Source: the human T2T-CHM13v2.0 reference genome, Homo sapiens
Reading direction: 5' to 3' (one strand)
NCBI RefSeq assembly: GCF_009914755.1
Contig: NC_060944.1
Length of the DNA stretch: 64,000 nucleotides
Part shown: positions 1 to 17,653 of the stretch, piece after piece
Layout of the letters: the number at the start of each line of letters is the position of its first letter
Position numbering within the stretch: position 1 is the stretch's first letter
The notes under the pieces: generated by a model
What the model was told of the DNA's origin: nothing
What the model saw: the letters and a program-made list of their open reading frames with translations, nothing else
Databases searched by the model: none
Translations under genes and position numbers: made by a program

Positions 1-29
1 AGCATTCTTGGCTTTCTACAACAAAAACC

Positions 30-35
30 TTTACT
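30..35 (-). terminator. E2F1: Candidate distal poly(A) signal (AGTAAA variant) of E2F1
   Basis: tttact on + = AGTAAA on -, about 1.2 kb past the stop codon; the cleavage site would fall at the window edge. Confidence 0.5.
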
Positions 36-228
36 GGATCTGCTTTTGAGTTAGGACCAAAACAGCGAGGAAGCTGACCTTTCTTCGAGTTATGAGGCTC
101 AAATCAAATCGGGCACGGACAGGGAGAAGGGAAGTGGAGAATGGGCATTTCCCCAGCAACCTTGGCCTCTCCCGCCCCGAAATGTTCCCAACAGAGTCCC
201 AAAACCCGGCCCAAACGTCATCAAAATA

Positions 229-234
229 TTTATT
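229..234 (-). terminator. E2F1: Canonical poly(A) signal AATAAA in E2F1 3'UTR
   Basis: tttatt on +; followed on - by GT-rich sequence (TTTGGGCCGGGTTTTGGG). Confidence 0.65.
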
Positions 235-276
235 AAAACCAAAGCAGGAGGGAACAGAGCTGTTAGGAAGCAAATC

Positions 277-283
277 AAAGTGC
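277..283 (-). promoter_or_regulatory. E2F1: miR-17/20/106 family seed match (GCACTTT), distal site
   Basis: aaagtgc on +; E2F1 repression by miR-17-5p/miR-20a through two 3'UTR sites is established. Confidence 0.8.
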
Positions 284-869
284 AGATTGGAGGGTGGGGC
301 AGAGCAGTGGGGAGGCAGGCGCTTCAGACACTGCAGGAGGGACCACAGGGTCTGGGCTGGGGGAGGCCTTCACCACCCCTCCTGCCCACATCAGTGAAGG
401 TCCCCCACTCACCTCTCCCATCTCATATCCATCCTGGGGGGCAGCTGGGGCCCTGAACTGGCCCCCTGGAGAGGGCCCACCCCACCATCTGACCACCCAT
501 GGCTGTCAGTCAGTCTGTCTCCCTCCCTCACTTTCCCAATAAATAAATCACCCAGGCCTCAGTTCCTTCAGTATGGGGCAGAAGAACAGCTCAGGGACCC
601 CTGCCCTTGCTCAAGGGTAGAGGGAGTTGGGGTATCAACCCCACACCCCTCCTCCCCTTTGCTGATTCCCCAGGCTCACCAAAGAGGCCTCGATAAATAA
701 ATAACGCTCCATTAAAGCTTCAATCAGAAAAAACCTTTAAGACAGAAGTGCTCTCACCGTCCTACACGCCCAGCCAGCCAAAGCCTCCCCACCTGGCCTG
801 GTCAGAGCACCAGATTCTGGGAGCAGGCACTGCCCTGGGCCTTGTGGGACCCCCAGAGCAAAAGGGCCG

Positions 870-876
870 AAAGTGC
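870..876 (-). promoter_or_regulatory. E2F1: miR-17/20/106 family seed match (GCACTTT), proximal site
   Basis: aaagtgc on +. Confidence 0.8.
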
Positions 877-1262
877 AGTTAGAGCCCCCCCACGCGCACA
901 CATGGACTCATGCACACACATGTGGACACACTGGGGCGTGTCTGCAGTGCACACACAGAGGTGTATGTTCACCTTCATTCCCCGGTACATGCACACACAC
1001 ATGCTCACACACATTCACCCCCGGTACACACGTGTGGGTGTAGGCTGCATGCACATACACACCACACAGACTCCTTCCCTTCCTGGCTTGCTCAGCCTCC
1101 TAGCGGTAGCCAGACCCCAGAGCTAGAAGCTTCTGGAGACAGAGGAGAGGGGTATAAATTAAATGTTTCCAAACAGGCTGGGAGGACGGCCAGGGACAGG
1201 GGGCTCCAGGGCTGCAGAGACAAGGTGAGCATCTCTGGAAACCCTGGTCCCTCCAAGCCCTG

Positions 1263-1510
1263 TCAGAAATCCAGGGGGGTGAGGTCCCCAAAGTCACAGT
1301 CGAAGAGGTCTCTGATGCCCTCGCCCTCCTCGAGGCCGAAGTGGTAGTCGAGGGCCTCGTGGGGTGGGGAAAGGCTGATGAACTCCTCAGGGAGGAGGCC
1401 GGAGAAGTCCTCCCGCACATGCTCCAGGAGCGAGTCGGCCGCCACCAGCGGGGACAGGCGGTCCTCGTCCACGGGAGCCCGCAGGCTGCCCATCCGGGAC
1501 AACAGCGGTT
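1263..1510 (-). CDS. E2F1: E2F1 exon 7 (transactivation / pRB-binding domain, stop)
   Basis: CCCCAG|AACCG acceptor; encodes LDYHFGLEEGEGIRDLFD pocket-protein binding motif, ends TPLDF*. Confidence 0.98.
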
Positions 1511-1635
1511 CTGGGGAGACGGGGAGCATCACAGGCCGGGGATGCCCCAGCAGGGAGGAAGGCAGGGGCTGTCGTGCCTGCCCACCCCCCAGAAGAGGGG
1601 CCCTGCCCCACCCCACCCACCTACCCATCACCCAC

Positions 1636-1861
1636 CTTGCTCCAGGCTGAGTAGAGACTGGCTGGGATCTGTGGTGAGGGATGAGGGGGGAGATGATGGT
1701 GGTGGTGACACTATGGTGGCAGAGTCAGTGGCCCTGTTCTCCTCCTCAGAAGTGACCTCCTGGGATGGGGTCTTCCCAGGGCTGATCCCACCTACGGTCT
1801 CCTCAGGGCACAGGAAAACATCGATCGGGCCTTGTTTGCTCTTAAGGGAGATCTGAAAGTT
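1636..1861 (-). CDS. E2F1: E2F1 exon 6 (marked box)
   Basis: CCCAG|AACTTTCAG acceptor, CAAG|GTGGG donor; NFQISLKSKQGPIDVFLCPE. Confidence 0.97.
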
Positions 1862-1956
1862 CTGGGTGGAAGCAGCAGGCAGGGTAAACTGAGGCCCAGG
1901 TGACCACCAGCCCAGCCCAGCCCAGCCCAGTTGGGCCCGGAGTTCCCAGATCTCAC

Positions 1957-2071
1957 CTCCGAAGAGTCCACGGCTTGGAGCTGGGTCTCAGGAGGGGCTT
2001 TGATCACCATAACCATCTGCTCTGCAGGGTCTGCAATGCTACGAAGGTCCTGACACGTCACGTAGGCCAGG
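1957..2071 (-). CDS. E2F1: E2F1 exon 5
   Basis: LAYVTCQDLRSIADPAEQMVMVIKAPPETQLQAVDSSE; AC acceptor, GAG|GTGAGA donor. Confidence 0.97.
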
Positions 2072-2731
2072 GTTGGCAGAGTCAAGGACCACATGACCTT
2101 TGACTTCTAGGGGGTCACTCACTCCAACAGCTCACAAGGCAGGGCTCACACCTGCCTAGTCACTCCTGTCCTCCCAACCTCCTACCCACTCAAAACCTAC
2201 CTCACGCCTGAGTTTCAAGTTCCACATCTGTATAATGAAATCACTCTACCCATTGAATCCCAAGGTAATAATGGCTACCGGGAACGATTCCATGTAAAAT
2301 GTTCAACACAACTCCAGGCCTGGTGCTGGGAATTTATTTTTTAGAGGCAGGGTCTCGCTATGTCACCCAGGCTGGAGTGATGTGGCTCAACCAGAGCTCA
2401 CTGCAGCCTCAAACTCCTGGGCTCAAGTGATCCTCCCACCTCAGCCTCTTGAAGCACTAGGATTACAGGCATGAACCACCGCACCTAGCCACTTTTCTTT
2501 TTTAATCTGTACAATTTCAGAATTGGATATTATTATTCCCCTTTTATAGATAAAACTGAGGCCAAGAGGTTAAGCAATTTATCCAGTGTCACAACAGTGA
2601 GAAAATGCTGAGCCAGGACTTGCAACCAAAATCAGAGCTCTCTCTTAAATCCAAGCCTCTCTAGTCCCACTTGGGTGGAGCCCCTGCCTGCTAAGCCTGC
2701 CTTCCACACCCTACGGCCAATCCAAGGATAT
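2072..2731 (-). other. E2F1: U12-type (minor spliceosome) AT-AC intron 4 of E2F1
   Basis: 5' end ATATCCTT (2731-2724), branch TCCTTGAC (2088-2081), 3' end CCAAC; these boundaries keep the reading frame. Confidence 0.95.
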
Positions 2732-2884
2732 CGCTGGCTGTCAGTGTCCTCGGAGAGCAGGCGCAGCTGCGTAGTACAGATATTCATCAGGTGGTCCAGC
2801 TGCTGCTCGCTCTCCTGCAGCTGTCGGAGGTCCTGGGTCAACCCCTCAAGCCGTCCGCCGACGCCCACTGTGGTGTGGCTGCCC
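2732..2884 (-). CDS. E2F1: E2F1 exon 4 (coiled coil / DP dimerisation)
   Basis: GSHTTVGVGGRLEGLTQDLRQLQESEQQLDHLMNICTTQLRLLSEDTDSQR. Confidence 0.97.
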
Positions 2885-3202
2885 CTGTGGGGAGGCACCA
2901 GGGAGGGTAGGGTTAACAGCGATTGGCCCCTCTGGCCAGGAGCCCTGGGCCTCAGGACAGAGTCTGCTGTTGCCTCTGTTCTGTGAGGCCTAGGCAAGCC
3001 CTTGCTTCTGTCTGGGTCTGGCTCCTCAGCTGGGCTCCAAATCAGAGTGTCATGGGCTTGAAGTCTGGCCCGAATATAAACACCTACATGTCCCTCAACC
3101 AGGGCGGGATAAACAAATGATGGGACTGACATGCCACGAAATATTACACATGCACACACACATGCATTTCCAAGACATGCTGTCAAATGAAAAAAAAAAA
3201 AA

Positions 3203-4136
<934 letters not shown>

Positions 4137-4285
4137 CTATCATCTCAGGGAAGCTACCTCTCCTCTCTGAGCCCGTTTCCCCAGCTATAAGATGGGGATG
4201 CAGGCAGCCACAGTGGGTATTACTACCAGCTCCTCCAGGCTGGCATGGGCAGGTGTGCCTGCCCTCCTGTGTGGCCGGTACCTAC

Positions 4286-4505
4286 AGCCACTGGATGTGG
4301 TTCTTGGACTTCTTGGCAATGAGCTGGATGCCCTCAAGGACGTTGGTGATGTCATAGATGCGCCGCTTCTGCACCTTCAGCACCTCGGCAGCCCAGTTCA
4401 GGTCGACGACACCGTCAGCCGAGTGGCTCAGCAGCTCCAGGAAGCGCTTGGTGGTCAGATTCAGTGAGGTCTCATAGCGTGACTTCTCCCCCGGGGATTT
4501 CACAC
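4286..4505 (-). CDS. E2F1: E2F1 exon 3 (winged-helix DNA-binding domain)
   Basis: [14 protein letters not shown]...[14 protein letters not shown]; canonical AG/GT ends. Confidence 0.98.
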
Positions 4506-4856
4506 CTGTGGGGGTGTGGTCAGGCAAGACAGGGCCCTTCAGCATCCACCCCCACCTCCAGCCAGGCCTGCCACTCTGGCAGTGCAGGGCAGCAGGATGA
4601 TGGGGGCTGGGGGACAGCCAGCTCCTTCCCCTTGGCGAGGCCAACCACAGCATTCTTCTTCTGGCTGGGGAACTCCTCACCCCTCAGGGCCTGGAGAAAC
4701 CAAGCCAGGTGGCCACTCCAACTGCCCATCAGGGTCCTCAGAGGCCTGGCTCAAGCCCGACAAGCCAGACGTTAGCTTGCAAGCATGTTTGTCTGTTCAC
4801 ATCCCTAACCTGGGCCTGGTCACAGGGGGTCTGCCCAGCCCAAGCTCCATAGGTAC

Positions 4857-4947
4857 CTTTTCCTGGATGGCGGCCTCTGCCCCGAGCTGGCCCACTGCTC
4901 TCGGCCAGGTACTGATGGTCAGTTTCCAGGTCCAGCCTCCGCTTCAC
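4857..4947 (-). CDS. E2F1: E2F1 exon 2 (cyclin A-binding KRRL / NLS)
   Basis: VKRRLDLETDHQYLAESSGPARGRGRHPGK; CAG|GTG and AAAG|GTAC. Confidence 0.97.
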
Positions 4948-5152
4948 CTGTGGCGAAAACGGGAGGATGCCCAGTAACCAGGAGTGAGGCCAGAAGAGAC
5001 CTGGCTTAAGGCTGGGTGCCTCTGGGCTACCCTCGCCTCAGTTTCTCTAGCAGGATGCCTGAGTGTGTGACTGAGGGAGATCAGAGGGGACATAGCCTGA
5101 GAGTCACAGTCCTACCACACAGGACATTCCATTTTCACCACTTCTCTGGGGT

Positions 5153-5884
<732 letters not shown>

Positions 5885-7692
5885 TAGGTCCCTTGGCTAA
5901 ATCACCTTCTCTCTGGTTTTTGACTAATCTATACGCATGGTAGCAGCTGGTGCTCATCAAGTTCCTTGCATCCATTAGTTCATTCCATTCAACGGACTGG
6001 CTGTATAAAAATGGCCCCATTTTCCAGATAAGGCAACTAAAGCCCAGGGAGGCCCAGGAAGTGGTAGAGTCAGGATTTGTACCCAAGACGGTCTGAGGAA
6101 GAACCCAAGCTCTAAGCACTCTGGCTTAGTTCAGACACTCCAGGATTGGGACTGTCCTGGAGGTCTCACAGGCTGCTCAAAAGTACCCGGACCAAAACCA
6201 GACTGATCTTCCCCTCCACCATCCACAGGGTTTCCTGAGCTAGAGTTCCTGACCTGTCACCCTCCTCACATGCAGCTACCAAGAACTGCTCATCACCACG
6301 GCGATCACCACCTTCCCAGTGGGCTGCTGAGCAGACTCCACACTGGTCTCCCTGCCTCTGCTGCAGCCAGTCCTCCTACAAACCTTACCATGCCGCCGCC
6401 CCTGCTTAAGGCCTTCCTCCAGCTCCCCATTGCCTTTGTACTCTCATCTGCCACTGCTTCTCTAGAGGAACCCGAGTCACGTTTTCCCAGAAATCTAGAC
6501 TGCCCTTGCATCCCTCCCACCCTCCCCACTTCACGCCTGCTCCCTCTACCTCTGTGGGCAGAAACCTTACGCATCAGCTAGGAGGTGTCACCTCTTCTCC
6601 CTCTGAACTGCCTCAAACCCAACCTTTTGCCACATTCTGTCTCTCCCTACACATTTCTGCAGATGTATCTATCTCACCCTCAGAGGTGTCTGAATCACTT
6701 GAGAATCTATAGTGTCTGCCATGGAGCCTGGCATCAACAAATGTTTGCTGAATGAACCCCCCCCATGCTGATGAACCACTCCCTCTTGTGCACATTCACT
6801 GACTTTTGAAGGCACCCAGGGGAAAGAAGAGCTGTTGTGCTCTAAGCACTGTGTACTCAACTGCTTCCCCTGCAACCCTCCGGCCACCTTTTGGCAGGTG
6901 CTATGATGGCCTCCACCTGAGAGAGGCCACACAGTGAGAGGTGGACCCAGGACTTGCACCCTAGTTGGCTGGTACAGAGCCCACACTCATACCCGCCACG
7001 TGCCCCACCTCCCCAGAACCCAGCCAGAATGTATCCCCCTCCATACTCGCCCCTGGGGCCCAAACCCTAGCATGCTTCTGCCATCTGCACCCCTTGCCTT
7101 CTCCCTGGGATCCCCACCCTTGTCCACCCCTGAAGGCAGGTCAGTGCCACGCCCTAAAACAAAGGCTTGAGTGGATGCCATTTCTGCCACTTCTCCCTAG
7201 ATAAACACTGGCAGAGGGGCCCCGAAACGCAGGGGTGAAGACATTCACTGCTGAAAAAATCTGGATGACTCGAACACCCATCCATGAAGGGGGTCACGAA
7301 AGCTGTGCTTTGTTTAGCCCCTTGAACACCACGCAGCTGTCAAGGACCGAGGCAGGTTGACAAGAATCCCCTCACACATACAGACAAGCAAAACACTGTC
7401 ACAGGGCGATATATTTATATGATCCCTTTTGGATTAAAAAGCTCATGAAACTTTTCTCTGGTTCAGTTTATATTATTATAGAATACATTTCGGGGCAGCC
7501 TCTGGAAGGACTGTGGGAGACCAGTGCCATATCTGAATGGTGTGAATGATACAGGAAAAACTACAATTTTTAAAACTTTAAAAAACAAAAACTGTCACAA
7601 CCACCACAAACAAAAATAGCCTTAGGGAAAAAAAGGAAAAAAATGAATAGGGCTGGGATCCTGCCGTCAACTTTCTAGTTTCTTAAGAGTTA

Positions 7693-8330
<638 letters not shown>

Positions 8331-10534
8331 AAGTTAAGTTTTCTACATTAAACATGTATTATAGTTATAATACTTGAGTTTGTGGAAGTGGACAGGCAGG
8401 GCCAAGAGGAATGGCTGAATTGCAGAGCCTTGTATACAGAATGCCTGCTGGTATAGAAGCTAAGCCTGTAGCTTATTTCAAGGACTGTGCCAGACAAATG
8501 CCAGTGCAGAGAGGCCAAAAGCCAAACCTGTGGACTTTCTGGACTTCAGTTCCAGAATGGTGCCAGCCTCCTGGCCCTTAAGTACACTGGGGGCCAGGGC
8601 TCCTTGTCTCTGGGCCTAGTGCCTCCTGGGCATTCACTAACTCAACAACTGTTGAATGAATGGAATGCCCAGGCCAATGAGCCTGCCCCTGACAGGTGGA
8701 GTGGAGGGCATTTTTCTTTGCCCCTGTCCCTCCCTTTGATCCTAGAACCCATAATCCTGTTCAGATCTTTGAGGACAAGACCCTCAGGTTGTTAGATTTC
8801 CGCAGACCTGAGCCTTCTATAATGCTTGTCACACAGCTGAATGGAAGATGCTTGCCCAGGTCCCAAGTGGTACCCACAGGAACAGGCCCCTGGAGTACAG
8901 GAGACAGGCCACCTGGCCCACCCCTGGTACAACCCCCTCCCACCCACTCATTAAGAGGGAGGGCCCCTAAAAGCCCTTCTTGCCCTTTCTTCAACCTGTA
9001 TCAGCATCCCCAGAAAGCAAGGCATCCCAGAGGTCAACCTCAGAGGAAACGCAGACTGCTCTCCCCACTCAAGAGCAGAATGACATGGGAAGATTCTAAC
9101 ATCTCTAGGCCTCAGCTTCCCAATCTGTAAAAAGGGACTGCTGCTGATGGGGTTAAATGAGTTAATTAAGTAAAGCGCTTGGCACAGAGCCTGGCACACA
9201 AGACATCCTCAAAACAATGGTGGCTGCTATTGTTATTATTATTAGCATTGTGGTGATTCCGGAAGGCAGCACTGGGCATGGGGCCAAGGGGGTTGGGGGA
9301 GCCTCCTCAGGATGCCTCAGGGACCAGCTGCCACCCACACCCCCATCAGCAGTTAGGCAGCTTCTACCTCCTTGTCCTGAGTCCTGCCTCACCCCTCCCA
9401 CTTGCTCCAAGTTCCCTGCTGAGACCCCATCCTGCCTGGCCAGACCCCGCCTGCACACCAGAGCCCCACCTTCACCCATAGGCTGCGCCAGTCAAACTGG
9501 TCTCCACACCCTGCCCTGTGCCCCACAGTTCCCAGCTCCAGGCTTCTACGCCTCCAATCCCTTCTCCCACTGGAATTCAGCCGCCTCTTCTGGGCCCTCC
9601 AGTCTGAATTCGTCTTGAGCTCAGCGATCAGGGAGGGCTTTATTAAAGGATCTCCCTGAGACATTTTCTCTCCTGGCACTGGGGGCCTCCTCTCCAGCTC
9701 CCAGAGGCCCAGCCCACCTAGTCCTTCTACAGAGACTCAGGGGTCGGCCTGCCTGATTAATGAGGTTCCATGGCAACCAGGGCCTGGGAGGGTGGAGGGT
9801 GGCAGATGGAAGGACAGGCAGAGGGAGGGGATCAGCAGCTGGTCCAGCTGCCCCGCCCCTGCAGAGAAGGCCTCCCAGCCAGGAGGGCTGTCCCCAGAGG
9901 CCTGGCCGGCCAGGCCTGCACCTGGCAGTCAGCATCGAGGCAGGAAGGAGGGTCTCCTCAATGGCTCACCAACGGTTAGGCCCCAGGACTTTCCTCCGCC
10001 CCGCCTTCACTTCCCCTAGCAGCTGTGCTCACTACCGAGATGCAAATTCTGAGCTGAAGCCAGCAGGCCTCAGTTCAAATCCCAGCCCCACCACCTGCAG
10101 CCGTGTGACCAGGGGCAAGTCACTTTCCCTCTCTGGGCCTCAGTTCCTCCTCCGTCAGATGGGCACAGTGACAACACAGCTCACAGCGGGGTTGTGAGTT
10201 TTAGCTGGCTTGAAGTCGCCCAAAGGCCTGGCATGCAGTAAACGCCAGTTGAATACACGTGGGCTATTATTATCACTGAGTCCGACGCTGGGGAGGCTCC
10301 GGTGAGGAAGCTGAGGCGCAGAGCACAGAGCAGCAAACAGGGACCGGCCCGAGGTCACCCCGCACCCCAGGGCGGGGCCCGGAGGCCCAACCCCGGCTCT
10401 GCACCGCCCAGCCTGGGCGCCTCAGTCAACCCCTCCCCCGCCCCCTGCCGCCTCCAGGCCAAACACGGCGCCCTCCCGGGTCTGCGCGGGGGGCACAGGC
10501 GGCGCTGTCGGCGCGGCGTCCCTGGGGTCCGTAC

Positions 10535-10795
10535 CGGCGGGCGGCCGAGCGCGGGCCGCGGCGCACTGGGTGTGGGCCGGGGCGCCTGCGGTGTGGCGAA
10601 GAGCAGCAGGTCAGGGTCGCAGGGGCCGGCGGCGGGCGCCGCGGGGCCGGTGGGAGCCGGCGGGGCGCTGGCGTCCTGCGCGGCGGAGATGATGACGATC
10701 TGCGAGGAGTCGAGCAGCCGCAGCGCGCCGGCCCCGAGCAGGGCCTCCAGCGCCGGCGCGCATGGGCCGCCCGCAGGGGCCCCGGCCAAGGCCAT
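10535..10795 (-). CDS. E2F1: E2F1 exon 1 coding part
   Basis: ATG at 10795, MALAGAPAGG...ALGRPP, CCG|GTACGG donor; the seven exons sum to 1314 nt = 437 aa + stop. Confidence 0.98.
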
Positions 10796-10800
10796 GACGC

Positions 10801-10851
10801 TCACGGCCCGCGCGGCCCGGGTGACAGGCGGCGGCGGCGGCGCGGGCCCAT
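10801..10851 (-). other. Upstream ORF in E2F1 5' leader (MGPRRRRRLSPGPRGP*)
   Basis: GCCGCCATGG context at 10851; TGA at 10803-10801; translation not shown. Confidence 0.55.
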
Positions 10852-11654
10852 GGCGGCAGGCCTCGGCGAGGGCTCGATCCCGCTCCGCCCCCGGCCGCCG
10901 CTGCCTGCAAAGTCCCGGCCACTTTTACGCGCCAAATCCTTTTTGCCGCGAAAGAGCCACGAGCCGCCGAGCGCCGCCACAATTGGCTGCCCCGGCCGTG
11001 ACGGGAACAACGGCGGCGGTTCCTATTGGCTTTAACGCGCCGGACCCGGCGGCGAGGGGCGGGATGGGGCGGCGGCGCGGGGCGGTACGGCCAATGGCGG
11101 GGCGGGGCGCGCGCAGGCTTTGTCCGGATGGTACCAGGCGCGGTCTGACTCCCCGCCCCCAGCCCGGGCGTCCCCTGCTGGAGGCGTGGGGACACGGGAA
11201 CATAGGCCCCGCCCCGCCCCGACGCTCCCGCATCCCACTGACCTTTCTATAGTGCAGGTTCAGAACAGAGCCTCTCTTCTGCACGTGACCCTCAACCTGT
11301 AGCCCCCAACAGCCTCAGCTTAGATTTCCAGAGACTGTCCCCTCTTCTTTTCAGGATCATCAGTTCCACAGCCCAGCCATCAGCCACCTCTTCCATCCTC
11401 AACTTGCCTCACCCATGACATTATCCTAATCCTGCACCCAGCCCTATCCCGCTCACCCAGAGCCCAAGCTGAAGAGCGGTGCCTGGAAATGGCGAGGGGG
11501 ACGTCGGGCTTTCCTGCAAGTCCCATTTTAGCCAAAATCTCCAACAGCCAACGTATAGCATCTGCTTGAACTCATTCATTCCCTCACTCATTCAACAAAC
11601 GTTTGGAGAGCTTGCTCTGTGCCCCATCCTCAATTCGTGGCCCTAAGGAGCTCA

Positions 11655-12132
<478 letters not shown>

Positions 12133-15004
12133 TCAGTAGCGACTCCTCCCAACACTGGTCTGGCCCAGAGCAGGCGCTGAGAAAGGTTATGAAAGAAACA
12201 GAGGCTAAGCCAGAGGCTGCCTAGACTGTGACAAGGAGACCACGGTTCTGCAAGGGTGGTCCTTAGGCCACTGGCTTCAGAACCACGTGGTCACTTGCTA
12301 ATTTTGGGCCCACCCTGGCCCTGCCAATTTAAAATCTCTAGGTGCCCAAGAATCTGCATTTTAACAATGCCATGTCCCCTTTCCAGGTGATATTTGTTAT
12401 TCTTTTTCTTTTTTTTTTTTTGACACTTAGGGAATTAGAAAAGCCAGTATCTTATTTTTTTTTTCCTATTTATTTTATATAGACGAGGTCTCACTATGTT
12501 GCCCAGGGTAGTCTCAAACCCCTGGGCTCAAGAGATCCTCCCGCCTCAGCCTCCAGCATAGCTGGTACTCCAGGTGACTGCCACCTCACCAAGCTTCCAG
12601 GTTATTTTTATGCATACTCACATTTGAAAGCAAACTGGTGTACCAGCATAATCAAAATGAGTGGTGCAGCCTCAAATCACAGCTCCTGAGGATGCTTCTC
12701 ACCCTTAGTTTCAAATGGGCACACAGACCTTGCCCTGGCCCCTTCCAGGGTTGCCAGGAGAATGAAAAGCATAAGGAATTGGAAAGTGTTTTACAAACTA
12801 TGAGGTGGTTTAGGAAATCAGGAGTTGTTTTCCCCTCCAATGAGTAGTTTCTGAAATTACTCATTGCAAATCCTAGAATGTATCATAGCTAGAAGGGACC
12901 ACAGAGACCACATAAGCCTCTTGCTGTATGGATAGGAAAACTGAGGCCCTTTCAGGAGAAAGTAACTGTGAAGCCAACCAGTGACCAAATTGGGCCTACA
13001 CTGCATTCCCAGCCCTGAGGTCTGCCTGTCCCCCTTCCCCATCCCCTCTCCATAAAGAAGCTGAGGGGTAGGTCCCATTCTAAACAACCAACGCAGGTGC
13101 TGGCAGAGAGCAAGAGAAACCAGCACATTCCCATTCCAGATGGAAAGAGTGTCCTTTCCCTGCACCTTCCCACAGGGTCCCAGTAACACTAACATTCATT
13201 TGTGTGAAGCCCTCTCAAACCCAAGTCATTCAACAAACACTTATTAAGCACCTATTATATACCAAGCACTGTGCTGGTTTAACTGTGGTGGCTGGCAAAG
13301 AGAGATGTCTATTATTATTGCTCCATTTTATGATGAGGAAATTTGAGGCCAAAAGGGCCTGAGTTTACCAAGTAGATGAAAAGGTTATTTTTCAGGCTTG
13401 GTGAGGCTGAGGTTGGGGGTTTTCCAAAGTCCTGCCCGCCCCAGAGTATTCAAGTACACATCCAGGTAGAAGTAGGCGCCCTCCGTCCCACAATCCTTCA
13501 GGTCCTGCTGAAGCAGAAAGGAGTGAAGACCAGCATTCCTAGCATGAAACTGAGGAAGAGATAAGGGCCTTCTGTACCTATTAATACCTACTTGAAAGCA
13601 GAAAAGCCTGATAGATGAGGCCCCTTGGCCCTAAGCCTGGCAGCTCCTGATAAGGCTGTTCTCAATGTCAACAGTTTTCAAAAAACAGTTTCCAAAAAAT
13701 CCACAGTCACTGGGCAGCCACTTCCATTGATGATCTCCTTTCAACCCCATAATCCCGTAAGTAAGCTTGTTTATCCACATGGTGCAGGAAGGAAGAGGCT
13801 CAGAGAGGGGCATTCATAGCTCAAGGTCACACAGCAGAACTGAGATGAGAACTTCACTTGTCCCACTGCAAAACCCAGGACCTGCCCTTGCCACCCTCTG
13901 TAAATACCCCAAAAGCCAGGCTCAGGGCTGTCAAGATTATAAAGTGTAGTTTCTAAAGGGTATTATGGTGGATAGTGGCTTGGTTCATAGGTGCTTATTT
14001 CCATCACCACCTTCACCAACCAAACTAGAGGAGTTCGAGGGGATGCAATCTGTTGGGCCCACAATCCTGTGCCTGGAGACCTCTTTCCCTTGGTTCTTTC
14101 CAAGAAGCAGAGTGGTGTAGAGGTGATAGCATGGGCTTCTAAATCAGGTGGGTGTAATCAGAAATCTTGGTCAACATGACCTTGGACAAGTCAATTCACT
14201 TCATTCAATCCACAGATATTTACTGAGCACCTATTATGTGTCAGACATTGTGCTAGGTGCTGGGGACACAGTTATAAGTAAAACAGACCCCTGGAACTCA
14301 CAGTCCAGTGGGAAAGTTAGGAATTATTTCTCTGTCACTGCACAGTATGCTTGTTAAGAAGTTTGACAAGTGACACAAATAATTTAAACCTATTTATTCC
14401 ACAAACAGCACCTCCCCTAAGCATACATTCTTAGCTTACAAAAAAACAAAAATTCACCAAACATGAATATCCAGTCATGATAAGGAATGCATAATTGGGA
14501 GAAAAGATTCTGTGATGACTTAATTTTATGAAGGGCACAGAGATGTCCATTGTTGAGTTGTGGCAGAGGGAGGTGGGGAGTTTTGCATCTGCAACAATCC
14601 CTCAATGCTACCCTGACTGACAGTTTACTGTCCCTGGAGATATTCTGTCACTGTGCCAGTTCTGGCTATATCTGAACAGACCTCTTGCCCATCCAAAAGG
14701 CAGTCTAACATAGAAACAAGCCTTTGGAGTCGGGTGGCCCCCAACCCTGTGGCTTCCCGCCTCTGTGATCTTGGGGAAGTGATTCACCCTCTTGAAGAGC
14801 TTTGCTTGCCTCATCTGCAGAACAACAGATAACAGCTTCTTTACACGATGCGTGTCAAAGTTTAAGAAAACAAAACAAGCAGAGTTTGCAAACTGGCCCC
14901 CAGATATAACTCAATTTGCCCATAGAAGATTTTTCTTGAATTATGAATTTGTTTTAAGATTTGAGGAAATTGGAAAATACCATATAAAAATTAACATGTC
15001 TGGC

Positions 15005-17653
<2,649 letters not shown>

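Larger units (their letters stand above)
10300..11240 (-). promoter_or_regulatory. E2F1: E2F1 CpG-island promoter with two E2F elements, CCAAT and GC boxes
   Basis: On -: TTTCGCGGCAAAA (10953-10941) and TTTGGCGCGTAAAA (10936-10923); CCAAT at 10982-10986, 11025-11029 and 11091-11095; several GGGCGG. Confidence 0.92.

Noticed and set aside
10302-11252. 316-aa antisense ORF across the E2F1 CpG island
   Set aside because: Non-ATG start and low-complexity G/A/R/P composition expected from GC content
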